From positions 82,078 through 146,077 of IMG/VR virus record IMGVR_UViG_3300042330_000875: a stretch of DNA of 64,000 nucleotides, one strand, 5' to 3'. Below the pieces are notes generated by a model, which had not been told where the DNA came from, did not search any database, and saw nothing but the letters and a program-made list of their open reading frames with translations. Below, piece by piece: positions 19,621 to 29,536 of this stretch; positions within the stretch are counted from its first letter, which is position 1; every line of letters begins with the position of its first letter. The DNA is from a virus. The position numbers and the translations under genes are program-made.

Positions 19621-20097
19621 ATGGCAAGTTATCACCAAGGCACATATGAACCAAAAAATCGTGAAAAATATATAGGAAAATATCCTTTATATTATCGTAG
19701 TTCTTGGGAATTAACATATTTTCAAGTTTTAGATTCCAATCCGGCTGTTATTCAATGGGCAAGTGAAAGTATTAAAATACCTTATCTTCATCCTTTTACT
19801 GGAAAATATGCGAATTATATTCCAGATTTATTAATTATTTATTTGAATAAAGATTTACAACAAATAGCAGAATTAATTGAGATAAAACCTTTAAGAGAAA
19901 CATTACAAGAATATGCTAAAACAAAAAATGATTTAATAAATCTTACAATAAATAAAGTAAAATGGCAAGCTGCACAAGAATTTTGTCAAATGAAAGGTTT
20001 AAAGTTTCGTGTAATGACCGAAGAACAATTATTTGGTAGTAAAAATAAACCTAAAAAATCAACACCAAAAAATCGCAGAACAAGGAAGAAAAAATGA
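19621..20097 (+). CDS. Head completion nuclease, T4 gp4-like (TnsA-N fold)
   Basis: PKNREKYIG, YRSSWE, WASE...IPY, YIPD, IEIKP, KWQAA, FRVMTE. Confidence 0.9.
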   Translation: MASYHQGTYEPKNREKYIGKYPLYYRSSWELTYFQVLDSNPAVIQWASESIKIPYLHPFTGKYANYIPDLLIIYLNKDLQQIAELIEIKPLRETLQEYAKTKNDLINLTINKVKWQAAQEFCQMKGLKFRVMTEEQLFGSKNKPKKSTPKNRRTRKKK

Positions 20098-20624
20098 GCA
20101 AAAATACTAAAATAGCAGAAGAATTGGGATTAGCTAATTTAGAAGATTTAATGCTTGACGATCAAGAAATAATTGAAGAACCAACTAACAGTTTAGTTCT
20201 TTATGATGAAGATGATAATGAAGATATTTCTAAAAATATTTTACCATCTGAAGATCAAGAAGTTTTAGAATCAGAAAGCGCATTAGTTGATTCGGTTGCT
20301 TTGCTAGAAAAAGAAATGTTACAACATGCAAGAGATTTAATGGATTTAGGCCATAATGTTGATATACGGGCGGCAGGACAAATTTTTACTATAGCTTCAA
20401 CAATGTATCAAAATACATTAAATGCTCAAATTTCTCGCCGTGATGCTGCTTTGAAAAAACAAAAACTTTTAATTGAAGAAGCTAAATTATTAAAAGAAAG
20501 TAAGGTGAAAAATAATTCACCTGTAGTTAATGTAGCAGTTCAAAATAATATGCCAGAAAACAAAACAGTTTTTGTTGGCACAATTGATGATTTATTAGAG
20601 GCAAATAACGATGAAGCTAAGTGA
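20094..20624 (+). CDS. Hypothetical acidic/helical phage protein
   Basis: Overlaps the gp4 stop; 176 aa. Confidence 0.6.
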   Translation: MSKNTKIAEELGLANLEDLMLDDQEIIEEPTNSLVLYDEDDNEDISKNILPSEDQEVLESESALVDSVALLEKEMLQHARDLMDLGHNVDIRAAGQIFTIASTMYQNTLNAQISRRDAALKKQKLLIEEAKLLKESKVKNNSPVVNVAVQNNMPENKTVFVGTIDDLLEANNDEAK

Positions 20625-21303
20625 TTTAATTAAAAAGAATACAAAATATTATGAGTACATAATTCGTACAGTCGTTCCATTAACAGATGAAAATATCGAT
20701 TGTTTGGCTGAATGTTATCGTCGTTTTCATTTATTAGAAATAGAAGGACCAAACGAAACAATTTTTCAAGATAAACCTTTGGATTTTTATGAATTAGGAC
20801 CAAGCAAAGTTTGGTGGATTAAAATTAAAACCAATTTACCTGCAAGTTTAACAGCATTGCATGAATTAACAAAAAATGCATTAAAAGTTGTAGAACGCCA
20901 AGTGGTTGTTCGTAGTGCAATTGGGTTTGATGAAATAACAGTTGAACAAGATTTAATTAATACAGAAATAGATGCTGAAAGTGATCGATTAAAATTATTT
21001 CAAGAACCATTAACTGCAAATGAATTTGATTACGCTCCTGAAAAAAATATTCCTAATTCACCTGAATACTTAAAACAATTATTTTACAAACATCAAAAAG
21101 AACGTAGTGAACAAATTGATAAAATTGAATTACCAAATAAAATGTTTGTTTGGTTGAAAATTCCAGAATTAGAAATTGAAGTTCCAGAAAATCCTGAGAT
21201 TGATGTTAATGTAACAAATGTTGGGAATTTAACCGATAAACTTTCAGTTAAAAAAAGATTTTACGATCCATTAACTGGAAAATTAAAAGAATTAGGAGAT
21301 TAA
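20611..21303 (+). CDS. Hypothetical phage protein
   Basis: 230 aa, coupled in operon. Confidence 0.6.
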   Translation: MKLSDLIKKNTKYYEYIIRTVVPLTDENIDCLAECYRRFHLLEIEGPNETIFQDKPLDFYELGPSKVWWIKIKTNLPASLTALHELTKNALKVVERQVVVRSAIGFDEITVEQDLINTEIDAESDRLKLFQEPLTANEFDYAPEKNIPNSPEYLKQLFYKHQKERSEQIDKIELPNKMFVWLKIPELEIEVPENPEIDVNVTNVGNLTDKLSVKKRFYDPLTGKLKELGD

Positions 21304-21306
21304 AAA

Positions 21307-21810
21307 ATGTTTAAACAACCACCAGCTTATGATAGTTTTTCTGATAAAAAAACACAACCTAAAACAAAGCAAATTCCTTGGGGATCAGCTAATAATCCGT
21401 TAGCAGAAAATGATGACGAAGATACAATTAAAAAATTATGGGATCAATTATCTTCAAGAGGTAAAACGATAAATGATATTCTTTATGGTGATTTAAGAAA
21501 TATTTTTAGTGAAACTGGATTGAAAAAATTAGAAGATAAATTTCAATGTAGTAGAAGTCAATTACATCAAAAATTAATTGACTATTTAAATTCCATGCAA
21601 TTAAATGAATTCGACGGTAAACAATTTAAAGAAGATTTTGTTTTTGAAATCGATACATTAGGTGATTTAATTATTCAAAATACTTTAACTGGTGAATCAA
21701 AAACTGTTTATGGTGAAGATGCTTTTAATTTATTAGCGATGATTGAAGAAGATGAAAGTAATCAACAAGAAATTTTAAGAAATTATTTTGAAATAGAAAA
21801 AGGGAGCTAA
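21307..21810 (+). CDS. Hypothetical phage protein
   Basis: 167 aa, AGGAG RBS. Confidence 0.6.
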   Translation: MFKQPPAYDSFSDKKTQPKTKQIPWGSANNPLAENDDEDTIKKLWDQLSSRGKTINDILYGDLRNIFSETGLKKLEDKFQCSRSQLHQKLIDYLNSMQLNEFDGKQFKEDFVFEIDTLGDLIIQNTLTGESKTVYGEDAFNLLAMIEEDESNQQEILRNYFEIEKGS

Positions 21811-21822
21811 TTAGCTCCCTTT
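21799..21822. terminator. Bidirectional terminator
   Basis: AAAGGGAGCTAATTAGCTCCCTTT. Confidence 0.75.
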
Positions 21823-21824
21823 CT

Positions 21825-22103
21825 TTATCCGTATTTTAAAATTTGCATTTGTAATTCACGTTCTTCTTCTGGCGTTAATTGTGCTGAAAGTTTTCGTTTT
21901 CGTTCTTCTTGAATTCTTTGATTTTTAAGATTATCTAATTCTTGTTTAATATCGATATTTTTAAAACTATCATTGTTTTGAATAATAGTTAACAAATCAT
22001 TAACGGTTTCAGTCAACTCATTGATTGTTTTCGTTGTTTTGTCATTGTCGTGTTGTTGAGCCATCCAAGCAATTTCTGCTGAAATTGGGTTCGAATGGTC
22101 CAT
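21825..22103 (-). CDS. Hypothetical protein (early cassette) with tail-B-like end
   Basis: AGGAG RBS; ends ELQMQILKYG. Confidence 0.6.
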   Translation of the reverse strand: MDHSNPISAEIAWMAQQHDNDKTTKTINELTETVNDLLTIIQNNDSFKNIDIKQELDNLKNQRIQEERKRKLSAQLTPEEERELQMQILKYG

Positions 22104-22137
22104 TTTTAATTACTCCTGTTTCCATTTCGATAAACCC

Positions 22138-22166
22138 AATATAGAAAATTTTCTGGTCTTTGTCAA
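22138..22166 (-). promoter_or_regulatory. Phage early promoter TTGACA-N17-TATATT
   Basis: Consensus boxes plus AGAAAATTTTCT. Confidence 0.8.
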
Positions 22167-22189
22167 GCGCTTTTTCAAATTTAATTTTT

Positions 22190-22268
22190 GTTAAGTTGCA
22201 GTTGTGTGAACTCTCTTAATTTTGTGAGGTTTTCTGCGGCTCTCCATGAATAGAAAATATATTAGAAA
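22190..22268. repeat. ~78 bp dispersed repeat, copy 2
   Basis: Matches 14881-14957 and 26670-26748. Confidence 0.85.
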
Positions 22269-22275
22269 TGTGAAA

Positions 22276-22587
22276 TTATGTGTATTTTAGCAACATTTCA
22301 ACCTGAAAAGCATTATCTTGATTTGGATGTGCCATTAACCAATCATAAATGTTTCTATAATATACTCCATTTAGCCAAAATTCTTTATTGCCTTTTGGAC
22401 GAATTAATGCTGGTCCGGTTAATCGATGACAAATTTGACCTTTTAAATACCAAATTTTATATTCAGAATTTAACTCTTCAATTGCTGGGACATTTTCATT
22501 TGGTGAAGAAATATTATTCCTAGGTATTTTATGCCAATTGTCCTCGGTTGTAAATTTTTCACCATCTATATAATAAATAAATGTCAT
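22276..22587 (-). CDS. HRLTGP-family paralog 5 (tail B)
   Basis: Family motifs; HPNQDNAFQVEMLLKYT. Confidence 0.85.
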   Translation of the reverse strand: MTFIYYIDGEKFTTEDNWHKIPRNNISSPNENVPAIEELNSEYKIWYLKGQICHRLTGPALIRPKGNKEFWLNGVYYRNIYDWLMAHPNQDNAFQVEMLLKYT

Positions 22588-23435
22588 TTTTGCTCCATTA
22601 TTTTTTTAGTTAGTCTTAAAATTTGTTTTACACCAAGGCCATGTTTATATATGTTATTTGTTTTAAAATTAGTTTCTTCTTTATCCAAATATATTTTATT
22701 AATTTTAACAGAAAATGTTTTTTCATAAAGGTCAACTAATTCTTCAATAGAAATATTTTCATTATTAGCCAAATCAAACGTTGTGTTTCTAATATAACTA
22801 TCCATTTCAAATTGTTTCATTAAATCATTAATATAAACGAAATTTTTTACACCAGAATTATTTTTAGGAATAAAAAATTCTTTATTTTTCAAATCTGCAT
22901 TTATTAATGTTGGGATCAATTGATTTTGATTCATTGTATCAACAAGGTTATTATAACAACCAGCAATATTATAAAGACGATAAATTTTATAATTTATTTT
23001 TTGATAAAATATTTTTAATAAGTCTTCTGCTGCTAATTTTGTTTCGCCATATGGTGATAATTTTTCTTCATAAACATAACATGTACTTGGTAAAATAAAA
23101 TCAATTTTTTTATTTTTAAATTTGTTTAAAAAATTAAACAATTGATAATAATGATTGTCCCAAGTTTCTTTTGGATTTAAAATAGAATTTTTTACTGAAG
23201 GATTGCCTGCAAAATGCAAAATTTTATATAAATTTTTTATTTTATTTGTTTTTTCAATAAATCTGTGATCGTCAAAACTCATTTGAAAAAATTCATCTAA
23301 AGAATTTTTAACAAAATGATTTTTTGGTTCATTTAAATCACAACCAATTATTTTATAATTTTGTTTTTTAAAATAATAAGCGGCATGTGATCCAATGTAT
23401 CCTGAACAGCCTGTTATAATGATAGTTTTATGCAT
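22584..23435 (-). CDS. NAD-dependent epimerase/dehydratase (GalE-like SDR)
   Basis: ITGCSGYIGSH, HFAG, SPYGETK (YxxxK), RLYNIAG. Confidence 0.85.
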   Translation of the reverse strand: MHKTIIITGCSGYIGSHAAYYFKKQNYKIIGCDLNEPKNHFVKNSLDEFFQMSFDDHRFIEKTNKIKNLYKILHFAGNPSVKNSILNPKETWDNHYYQLFNFLNKFKNKKIDFILPSTCYVYEEKLSPYGETKLAAEDLLKIFYQKINYKIYRLYNIAGCYNNLVDTMNQNQLIPTLINADLKNKEFFIPKNNSGVKNFVYINDLMKQFEMDSYIRNTTFDLANNENISIEELVDLYEKTFSVKINKIYLDKEETNFKTNNIYKHGLGVKQILRLTKKIMEQK

Positions 23436-23745
23436 TTTGTAATAAGAATAAAACTTTATCTGTTTTAGATCGCCAAAATACTTTACATGTAATTCCTGGA
23501 TTTTTACAAATGTAAAATTTTACTTTGCCATATTTTTGTAATTTTTTAATTTTGTTAGCGTATAAAGAATTATACATTTCTGAATAATAATTATGTTGTT
23601 TAATGTATCTTACAAGCCATTTATTATTATAATAAACAAAGTAATTATCATTAGAAAATTTTATTTTGTTATGAATAATAATTTCATCATTAACAATATC
23701 AAAATAAGAATAATAGTTTGGTTTAAATTTTAATTTATATTTCAT
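23428..23745 (-). CDS. Hypothetical protein with shared C-terminal motif
   Basis: Ends FWRSKTDKVLFLLQNA; paralog of 23749-24090. Confidence 0.6.
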   Translation of the reverse strand: MKYKLKFKPNYYSYFDIVNDEIIIHNKIKFSNDNYFVYYNNKWLVRYIKQHNYYSEMYNSLYANKIKKLQKYGKVKFYICKNPGITCKVFWRSKTDKVLFLLQNA

Positions 23746-23748
23746 ATT

Positions 23749-24090
23749 TTAACCTTGTTGCAATAAAAATAAAACTTTATCTGTTTTAGATCGCCAAAAT
23801 ATTTTAGCATAACAAACATGAGGAAATTCATCTTCAATTACTTTTTGATATAATTTTATTTTTCCATGTTTCTTACATAATTCTGTATTTATTAATAAAA
23901 CATTAAATATCTCTTCAAAATCAATCTTGTTATGAGAATAACATAATAAAATTTTCTTTAGCAATGTATTATAATGTTGTATATTTTTAAATGGTAAATC
24001 TATAATCTTATTATATTGAATATTTCGAGAATATTCTGTTGTAACAAATGAAAAACCAGAATATAATTTTCTCTTTATTTTATATTTCAT
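23749..24090 (-). CDS. Hypothetical protein with shared C-terminal motif
   Basis: Ends FWRSKTDKVLFLLQQG. Confidence 0.6.
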   Translation of the reverse strand: MKYKIKRKLYSGFSFVTTEYSRNIQYNKIIDLPFKNIQHYNTLLKKILLCYSHNKIDFEEIFNVLLINTELCKKHGKIKLYQKVIEDEFPHVCYAKIFWRSKTDKVLFLLQQG

Positions 24091-24287
24091 TCAAACGTCC
24101 ATTCAATAAATTTTTTCTTTTTAGGTAATAAAATTCCAACTATTAATTTATTATCAAACGAAACATAAAAATCTTTAACCAATTTTTCATTTTGTTTATT
24201 TTGCAAATATTCAATAACTAAAGAAGATAATCTGGTAAAATTATCTTCTTTGTTTTCATTAAAAATTTTTTCAATATCAGCCTTCAT
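24087..24287 (-). CDS. Hypothetical protein
   Basis: 66 aa, coupled on both sides. Confidence 0.45.
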   Translation of the reverse strand: MKADIEKIFNENKEDNFTRLSSLVIEYLQNKQNEKLVKDFYVSFDNKLIVGILLPKKKKFIEWTFE

Positions 24288-24702
24288 AATAATCTATTTC
24301 CTTGTATCCATAAAGTAATTTTAAATTTTCAAATTCTCGATTTATATCATTTAACAATTCAGGACAATTTTCCCGTAATAGAGCTAAACCAGTACCAACC
24401 CCATCCAAAGGCCATATAATATCCAAACCCCCTTCTACGGCCTTTAAAACGCGATTAAACGCATATTCTACAGCACCTTTAATATGAGGATTATTTTGAT
24501 AAATTTCAGTTGTAATATAAGCGGCCTTATCTGTACCAGGAGTTAATTTAGTAGGAATACCAATGGTATTTTTTTTGTCCCTACAAACTTTTGCTTGTCC
24601 CCCAATTCCTTTTGCCATTAAATTATCACCGAAAATAAAAATAGCATTTGGATATTTGTTAATTTGATGGTCAGAAAACCATTTTCTTTGAATGTAAATC
24701 AT
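24277..24702 (-). CDS. Conserved phage protein (FGDN...GGQA...GIPTK motif)
   Basis: FIFGDNL..KGIGGQA, IGIPTK, GVGTGLA. Confidence 0.65.
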   Translation of the reverse strand: MIYIQRKWFSDHQINKYPNAIFIFGDNLMAKGIGGQAKVCRDKKNTIGIPTKLTPGTDKAAYITTEIYQNNPHIKGAVEYAFNRVLKAVEGGLDIIWPLDGVGTGLALLRENCPELLNDINREFENLKLLYGYKEIDYYEG

Positions 24703-24710
24703 AATTTTTC

Positions 24711-25427
24711 CTATGTGTTTTTTAATTTGTAAAGTATTTCATCTGTTTCATTATCAAATTTATAAACTAATCCATTGGCTTTATATTGATAAGTATTATT
24801 TTGATATTCAATTAATGATAAAGAAATATACATATGTTTATCAAAACTGAAAAAATCATTTTGGACAATATCCATAACCGGTTTTGGAATATGTGGTAAA
24901 TTTAAATTTAATAATGGTTCAAAACTGTTTAATTTTGTTGAAGTTTCAAATATTTCTTTATGTTTAAATATCCGCATTATGCATTTATTTTGTGAAATAT
25001 TCAGTCTTTTAACTGGTATGTTTAAAATTTCATGTGTATTATTAAAATTATATTCATCAATCATATTATTATGAAATGAAACAATAAATTCATTTTTAAT
25101 TTCTTCAAAATCAGTAATTTTTTCTTTATAATGTTCATTAGTACAAAAAACAATAGGATTTTTTTCTTTTAATTTTGATAATTTTTCAAAAATAAAATTT
25201 AATTTATTGGTATAAGAATGAGTGTGTAATTCTGGACGATAACGATAGTTATAATTAACCCTTAATGAAATTAAATTTGGATGAATTGTAACATTTTGAT
25301 CATATCCTGTATCTTCTCGATATAAATTATCATTATCATGTAATGTTCCGCCGCCAATTACAAAAATAGTATCGGGATTTAAAACCAAATCTTCTTCAGT
25401 AATTAATTTATTTGTTTCATAAATCAT
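24711..25427 (-). CDS. Hypothetical protein with shared C-terminal motif
   Basis: Ends YKFDNETDEILYKLKNT. Confidence 0.55.
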   Translation of the reverse strand: MIYETNKLITEEDLVLNPDTIFVIGGGTLHDNDNLYREDTGYDQNVTIHPNLISLRVNYNYRYRPELHTHSYTNKLNFIFEKLSKLKEKNPIVFCTNEHYKEKITDFEEIKNEFIVSFHNNMIDEYNFNNTHEILNIPVKRLNISQNKCIMRIFKHKEIFETSTKLNSFEPLLNLNLPHIPKPVMDIVQNDFFSFDKHMYISLSLIEYQNNTYQYKANGLVYKFDNETDEILYKLKNT

Positions 25428-25431
25428 AATC

Positions 25432-25938
25432 TTACCTTTTAACTTCTAAAATATTAATAAAGCCTTCTTGTTTAGAAGGAGCGTTATAAGATTTAGCCAT
25501 ATTTTCAATTACATGATTGGGAATAACTTTACTGCCGTTAGTTTCTTTTTCACGTTTTGCCAATTGCTGTTTGAGAATTTGATCATTAACAATAACATTA
25601 ACTGCATATTTATTATAATCATTGGGAATTTGTGCAATTTTACCTTTACGAGATTTAACACTCATATTTGTTTGGTTCCAAATGATATTATCGCCATTGG
25701 CAATTGCTGTTTGAAGACGACGATCAAATTCTTTTTGCACTTTTTTAAAAGGCAAATCTTTAAATGCTTGGGAATATGAAATATTGTTTTTTTTAGCATA
25801 CTCTTCAAAAATATCATCGGTACTTAATACCACAATATTTTTTGTAAAAGTCTTATTGGTAATAAATTGTTCAATCCAATAATCTTTGCCAGAACCCGGC
25901 AAACCAATCATCATAATGAAAAATTTTTCATTAAACAT
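25432..25938 (-). CDS. P-loop kinase (AAA_33 / polynucleotide-kinase-like)
   Basis: GLPGSGKD, LSTDD, WNQTN...R, IP..VI..M...Y..P. Confidence 0.85.
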   Translation of the reverse strand: MFNEKFFIMMIGLPGSGKDYWIEQFITNKTFTKNIVVLSTDDIFEEYAKKNNISYSQAFKDLPFKKVQKEFDRRLQTAIANGDNIIWNQTNMSVKSRKGKIAQIPNDYNKYAVNVIVNDQILKQQLAKREKETNGSKVIPNHVIENMAKSYNAPSKQEGFINILEVKR

Positions 25939-25993
25939 ATTAATCTCCTTTATTAGATAAAAACCTTAACATAAAGAAAATTTATGTCAACAA

Positions 25994-26023
25994 AAAAGAG
26001 GGAAATTTAAATTTCCCTCTTTT
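25994..26023. terminator. Intrinsic terminator
   Basis: AAAAGAGGGAAATTTAAATTTCCCTCTTTT, identical to 15407-15436. Confidence 0.8.
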
Positions 26024-26210
26024 ATTTTTTGATTGCACTATTAATATCATACAGATGTTGTAAAATTGGTACAGCTACATATTTTTCTGTATTAATTTTA
26101 TCGAGTAAAGACTTATCAAAAGTTTCTAATACAACTTCATTTGTATCAAGTTTTTTAATAACCCAAGAAGCTGGATTATTCATATGATTTTTTTGCCACG
26201 ACGAAGACAT
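26022..26210 (-). CDS. Small hypothetical protein
   Basis: AAGGAG RBS, 62 aa. Confidence 0.55.
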   Translation of the reverse strand: MSSSWQKNHMNNPASWVIKKLDTNEVVLETFDKSLLDKINTEKYVAVPILQHLYDINSAIKK

Positions 26211-26270
26211 TATTATTTCTCCTTGTGTTGAAAATTAAAAATAACACACAGATATTAATAGTCAAGACGA

Positions 26271-26585
26271 TTATAATTTAATATGTAAATTAATTTGCCT
26301 TGATCCTTCATATTCATAATCGATCCAATTTAATGAAGCCTTATATCCAGCCTGATTAAGTCGTTCGACCACAATATCAAGCATGTCTGTATTAATTGAA
26401 ACATGACCTTTTAAAATCAAATCGTTTTGCCCAATATTAATAAATTCTGATTTATTTTTTAACGCGGAAACCAATTCTTTTTGAATGTTATTTAAAATAC
26501 GGTTAGCATGATTTGAATTTTGAATTTGATTCTTATTTTTCTCTTCTTCAATAATTTTAATGGTTTCTTCTTTAGATGTGAACAT
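26271..26585 (-). CDS. Hypothetical protein (early cassette)
   Basis: AAGGAG RBS after promoter. Confidence 0.6.
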   Translation of the reverse strand: MFTSKEETIKIIEEEKNKNQIQNSNHANRILNNIQKELVSALKNKSEFINIGQNDLILKGHVSINTDMLDIVVERLNQAGYKASLNWIDYEYEGSRQINLHIKL

Positions 26586-26617
26586 ATTAAATCTCCTTGT
26601 GTTTATCTGATTTACCC

Positions 26618-26646
26618 AATATAGAAAATTTTCTTGTCCTTGTCAA
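26618..26646 (-). promoter_or_regulatory. Phage early promoter TTGACA-N17-TATATT
   Basis: Consensus boxes plus AGAAAATTTTCT. Confidence 0.8.
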
Positions 26647-26669
26647 TCACTTTTTCAAATTTAATTTTT

Positions 26670-26748
26670 GTTAAGTTGCAGTTGAGGGAACTCTCTCAAT
26701 ATTTCCTTGTTTTCTGCGGCTCTTCGTGAATAACAAATTTATTAGAAA
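26670..26748. repeat. ~78 bp dispersed repeat, copy 3
   Basis: Matches copies 1 and 2. Confidence 0.85.
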
Positions 26749-26845
26749 AGAGAATTTATAGGTATCTATTACGCGTATTAAGGTTTAAATTTATCACTTG
26801 TCTTTTTGAGATTTTATGTTATAGGATATTATTAAGGAGTAAATT

Positions 26846-27402
26846 ATGTATGAACATTTAAGCAATTATTTTTATAAAATATTTCATTATAAAAAAGATT
26901 TAAGATTATTAAAACAAAAGATAAAAGATTCTCGTATCAGAACCTTTAAATTAATGTATGGTGAAATTAGAATAATTTATGAATTTAAAGTGATGACTAT
27001 ATATTATATTTTACCTAATAATATGATACCAGTTATAGTTGTAGATAGAATTTATGATATTAATTTATTTCGAGTATTTTTGTCTTATTTGTTATTGGAG
27101 TTAAAATGAATATTTTTAGAAAATTTTATTATAGATTATTTGTTTATCCAAAACAAGTTAAGAAATTAAGAAAAAATAAACTATCACGTTATTTTACAAT
27201 TAATAATTTATTGATATGGATTGATAATCAATCCTTTTTTATTCTTTGTATTGAGCGTGATTTATTTTCTGTTTATTATGATAATAGTGATTTTTGGGGA
27301 CAATATTTAATTTTAGGTAATAAGATTTATGATTATGATTTATGTGAAATTGTATTATCAGAAATAATCAATCAATTAGATCGAGAAAATTTAAATAAAT
27401 GA
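26846..27402 (+). CDS. Two tandem, weakly paralogous hypothetical proteins (26846-27109, 27106-27402)
   Basis: Both have an aromatic/basic N-terminus and IYD..L....LS near the C-terminus. Confidence 0.5.
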
Positions 27403-27686
27403 TGGAACAAATAAAAAAAGGTTGGCAACAATTATGGGAAGATTTTAATCGTTTAATTTCTTTTGAAGTTAATGATTTCAAAATAATAAAAATTTCACAA
27501 GATGGTGGATTAAAAGTTTATTGGAACAAAAGTGATCCTTATATCGATCAATTAACCGTTCAATTATTTGAGGAATCTTTAAAAACTTGTGAAGAAACTG
27601 GAATGATTGGTGATTTAACAGAAATAAATGGTAAAAAATTTATTTTAAATAAAAAATTAATTAAAGAAAAATTATCTAAGATTTAA
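27399..27686 (+). CDS. Hypothetical protein
   Basis: 95 aa, coupled. Confidence 0.5.
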   Translation: MMEQIKKGWQQLWEDFNRLISFEVNDFKIIKISQDGGLKVYWNKSDPYIDQLTVQLFEESLKTCEETGMIGDLTEINGKKFILNKKLIKEKLSKI

Positions 27687-27737
27687 TTGACAAAAAATAT
27701 TTTTCATATATTGTAAAATTCTTTATAGGAGAATTTT

Positions 27738-28037
27738 ATGAGTAAGATTATTAATGAAGGTTTTTGGTATTCAAAATACGAACCTAATTTACCCAAACCT
27801 GTTGATAGTGGAGATTGGGCTGAAAAAGAACAATTTATTTTAAAATTAGAAAAATTACAAAATACATTATCTCCTGTTGGTTATAAAGGATGGTCAACTT
27901 GTCGTATTTGTAATTGTATGAATGGTAGTGAAGAATATTCATATAAAAATTTTGTTTGGCCTAGCGGTTATTTGCATTACATTCGTGATCATAATGTTCA
28001 TCCAAGTGATAAATTTAAAAAATTAATTTTAGGATAA
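27738..28037 (+). CDS. Conserved hypothetical, probable metal-binding protein
   Basis: YKGWSTCRIC...GSEEY...WPSGYLHY...HNVHP. Confidence 0.65.
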   Translation: MSKIINEGFWYSKYEPNLPKPVDSGDWAEKEQFILKLEKLQNTLSPVGYKGWSTCRICNCMNGSEEYSYKNFVWPSGYLHYIRDHNVHPSDKFKKLILG

Positions 28038-28040
28038 ATT

Positions 28041-28781
28041 ATGTATAGTTCTGATCAAATTTTTTATCATATTTGGAATATTTTGCTTCCGGTTAAAAAT
28101 CGCAGTGCTGAAACCGCAGGTATGTTAACATTATTTGTTGATATAATTCATTATCTTGTTTATAATAAACGTTTAATTAGTGATGATTTTAGAGTTAATC
28201 CACAATATAAAAAACGTGGGTATTCAAATAATTTACCAACAATTAGTACAAAACTTTTACATGATAAAGGTTTTAATAACAAATTTGATTTTAGTTTAGT
28301 TAATAACATTTATAAAACAAATATTCCTGATTCATTAAAAGAATTTATTGTATTAGTTTGTGACTATTTTATTGAAAATTATCGAACTATTGGAGTTTTT
28401 AAATTAAGATTAGAATTGTCACAACATTATCAACAATGTTTTTCTTCTTGTTATATTAAAGAACGAGTACCAAAATGGTATGAATTTTTCAGAGAAGTTG
28501 AAGAAACTGAAATTTTTGGTTGTGTTCATTTAAACCTTGAAACATTAGCAAAAGAATTTCAAAATGAAACTGATTTATCAATTTTTAAAAATAAAAAATT
28601 TAAAGAAACAACTAAAAACAATGAAGTTAATAAGAATAAAGAAACAGTTAGGCGTTTATTAAGTTTTATACGAGAAGATGCCAATCAACAAGAAGCTTTA
28701 ACTGCAATTTTAAAAGTTAAAGAATTAATGGCAAAAGAAAATAAAGATTTTGATAAAATTATATTGGAAAATTTTCAATGA
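28041..28781 (+). CDS. Hypothetical protein
   Basis: 246 aa ORF. Confidence 0.55.
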   Translation: MYSSDQIFYHIWNILLPVKNRSAETAGMLTLFVDIIHYLVYNKRLISDDFRVNPQYKKRGYSNNLPTISTKLLHDKGFNNKFDFSLVNNIYKTNIPDSLKEFIVLVCDYFIENYRTIGVFKLRLELSQHYQQCFSSCYIKERVPKWYEFFREVEETEIFGCVHLNLETLAKEFQNETDLSIFKNKKFKETTKNNEVNKNKETVRRLLSFIREDANQQEALTAILKVKELMAKENKDFDKIILENFQ

Positions 28782-29077
28782 ATATAAAAGAAAAACTATT
28801 AGAATTAGATTATAATTTATTTTCTGATCCAAATTTAAGAATTATTGAATATATGGGCGATGATACATATGAAATGTTTTCATTAGATGAATTAACAAAT
28901 AGTAATTATTCTGTGTTGGGTTATTATAATGATCATATTTTTGGTTTAGTTGCGGAACATTTAAAAGCATTAAAAATTAAACATTATGTTTTTAAATATA
29001 AAAATTTGCCCCGTCCGTTTATATTTTATTGTTTTTTAACAAATACCGATGAAATTTTATTGAGTTTAATGAAATGA
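28778..29077 (+). CDS. Hypothetical protein with shared C-terminal motif (family 2)
   Basis: Ends FYCFLTNTDEILLSLMK. Confidence 0.6.
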   Translation: MNIKEKLLELDYNLFSDPNLRIIEYMGDDTYEMFSLDELTNSNYSVLGYYNDHIFGLVAEHLKALKIKHYVFKYKNLPRPFIFYCFLTNTDEILLSLMK

Positions 29078-29448
29078 ATAATTTAGAAAAATTTTTTAAT
29101 AGTGATAATAAGTTTAAAAAACATTTATCAAATCCTGATTTAGTTATTATTGATTTGATTGATCAATTAGAAGATACATTTACCAATGAACCATTAACAT
29201 TTTATCGTTATCATGAACTAGTTGATACTTTTGATGAAAATAAATTTTATAATTTTGGCAAACCTTGTTCAAAATTTGATATATTTGACAGTATTAGTAA
29301 TAGTAAAACTATACAACAATTTTTAAAAATGCATAATAAAAAAATTTATTATAAAACATTTAGAAAAGAAATTGATAAATGTTATCCTAAAGTTTTTTAT
29401 ACATTTTTAACTGATACTGAATTAGCCATTTGGGATTTGATGAAATAA
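29074..29448 (+). CDS. Hypothetical protein with shared C-terminal motif (family 2)
   Basis: Ends FYTFLTDTELAIWDLMK. Confidence 0.6.
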   Translation: MNNLEKFFNSDNKFKKHLSNPDLVIIDLIDQLEDTFTNEPLTFYRYHELVDTFDENKFYNFGKPCSKFDIFDSISNSKTIQQFLKMHNKKIYYKTFRKEIDKCYPKVFYTFLTDTELAIWDLMK

Positions 29449-29536
29449 TGAATAATTTACTTGAGTTGTACAAAAAGAATTTTGATTTTAAAATGTTAAT
29501 TGATAACTCTTACATTTATTACAGAAAGAATAAAAA

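Noticed and set aside
14881-26748. CRISPR array or integron attC sites
   Set aside because: Repeats are kilobases apart with no regular spacers, no cas or intI gene, and no attC-like R''/R' complementary ends recognised.
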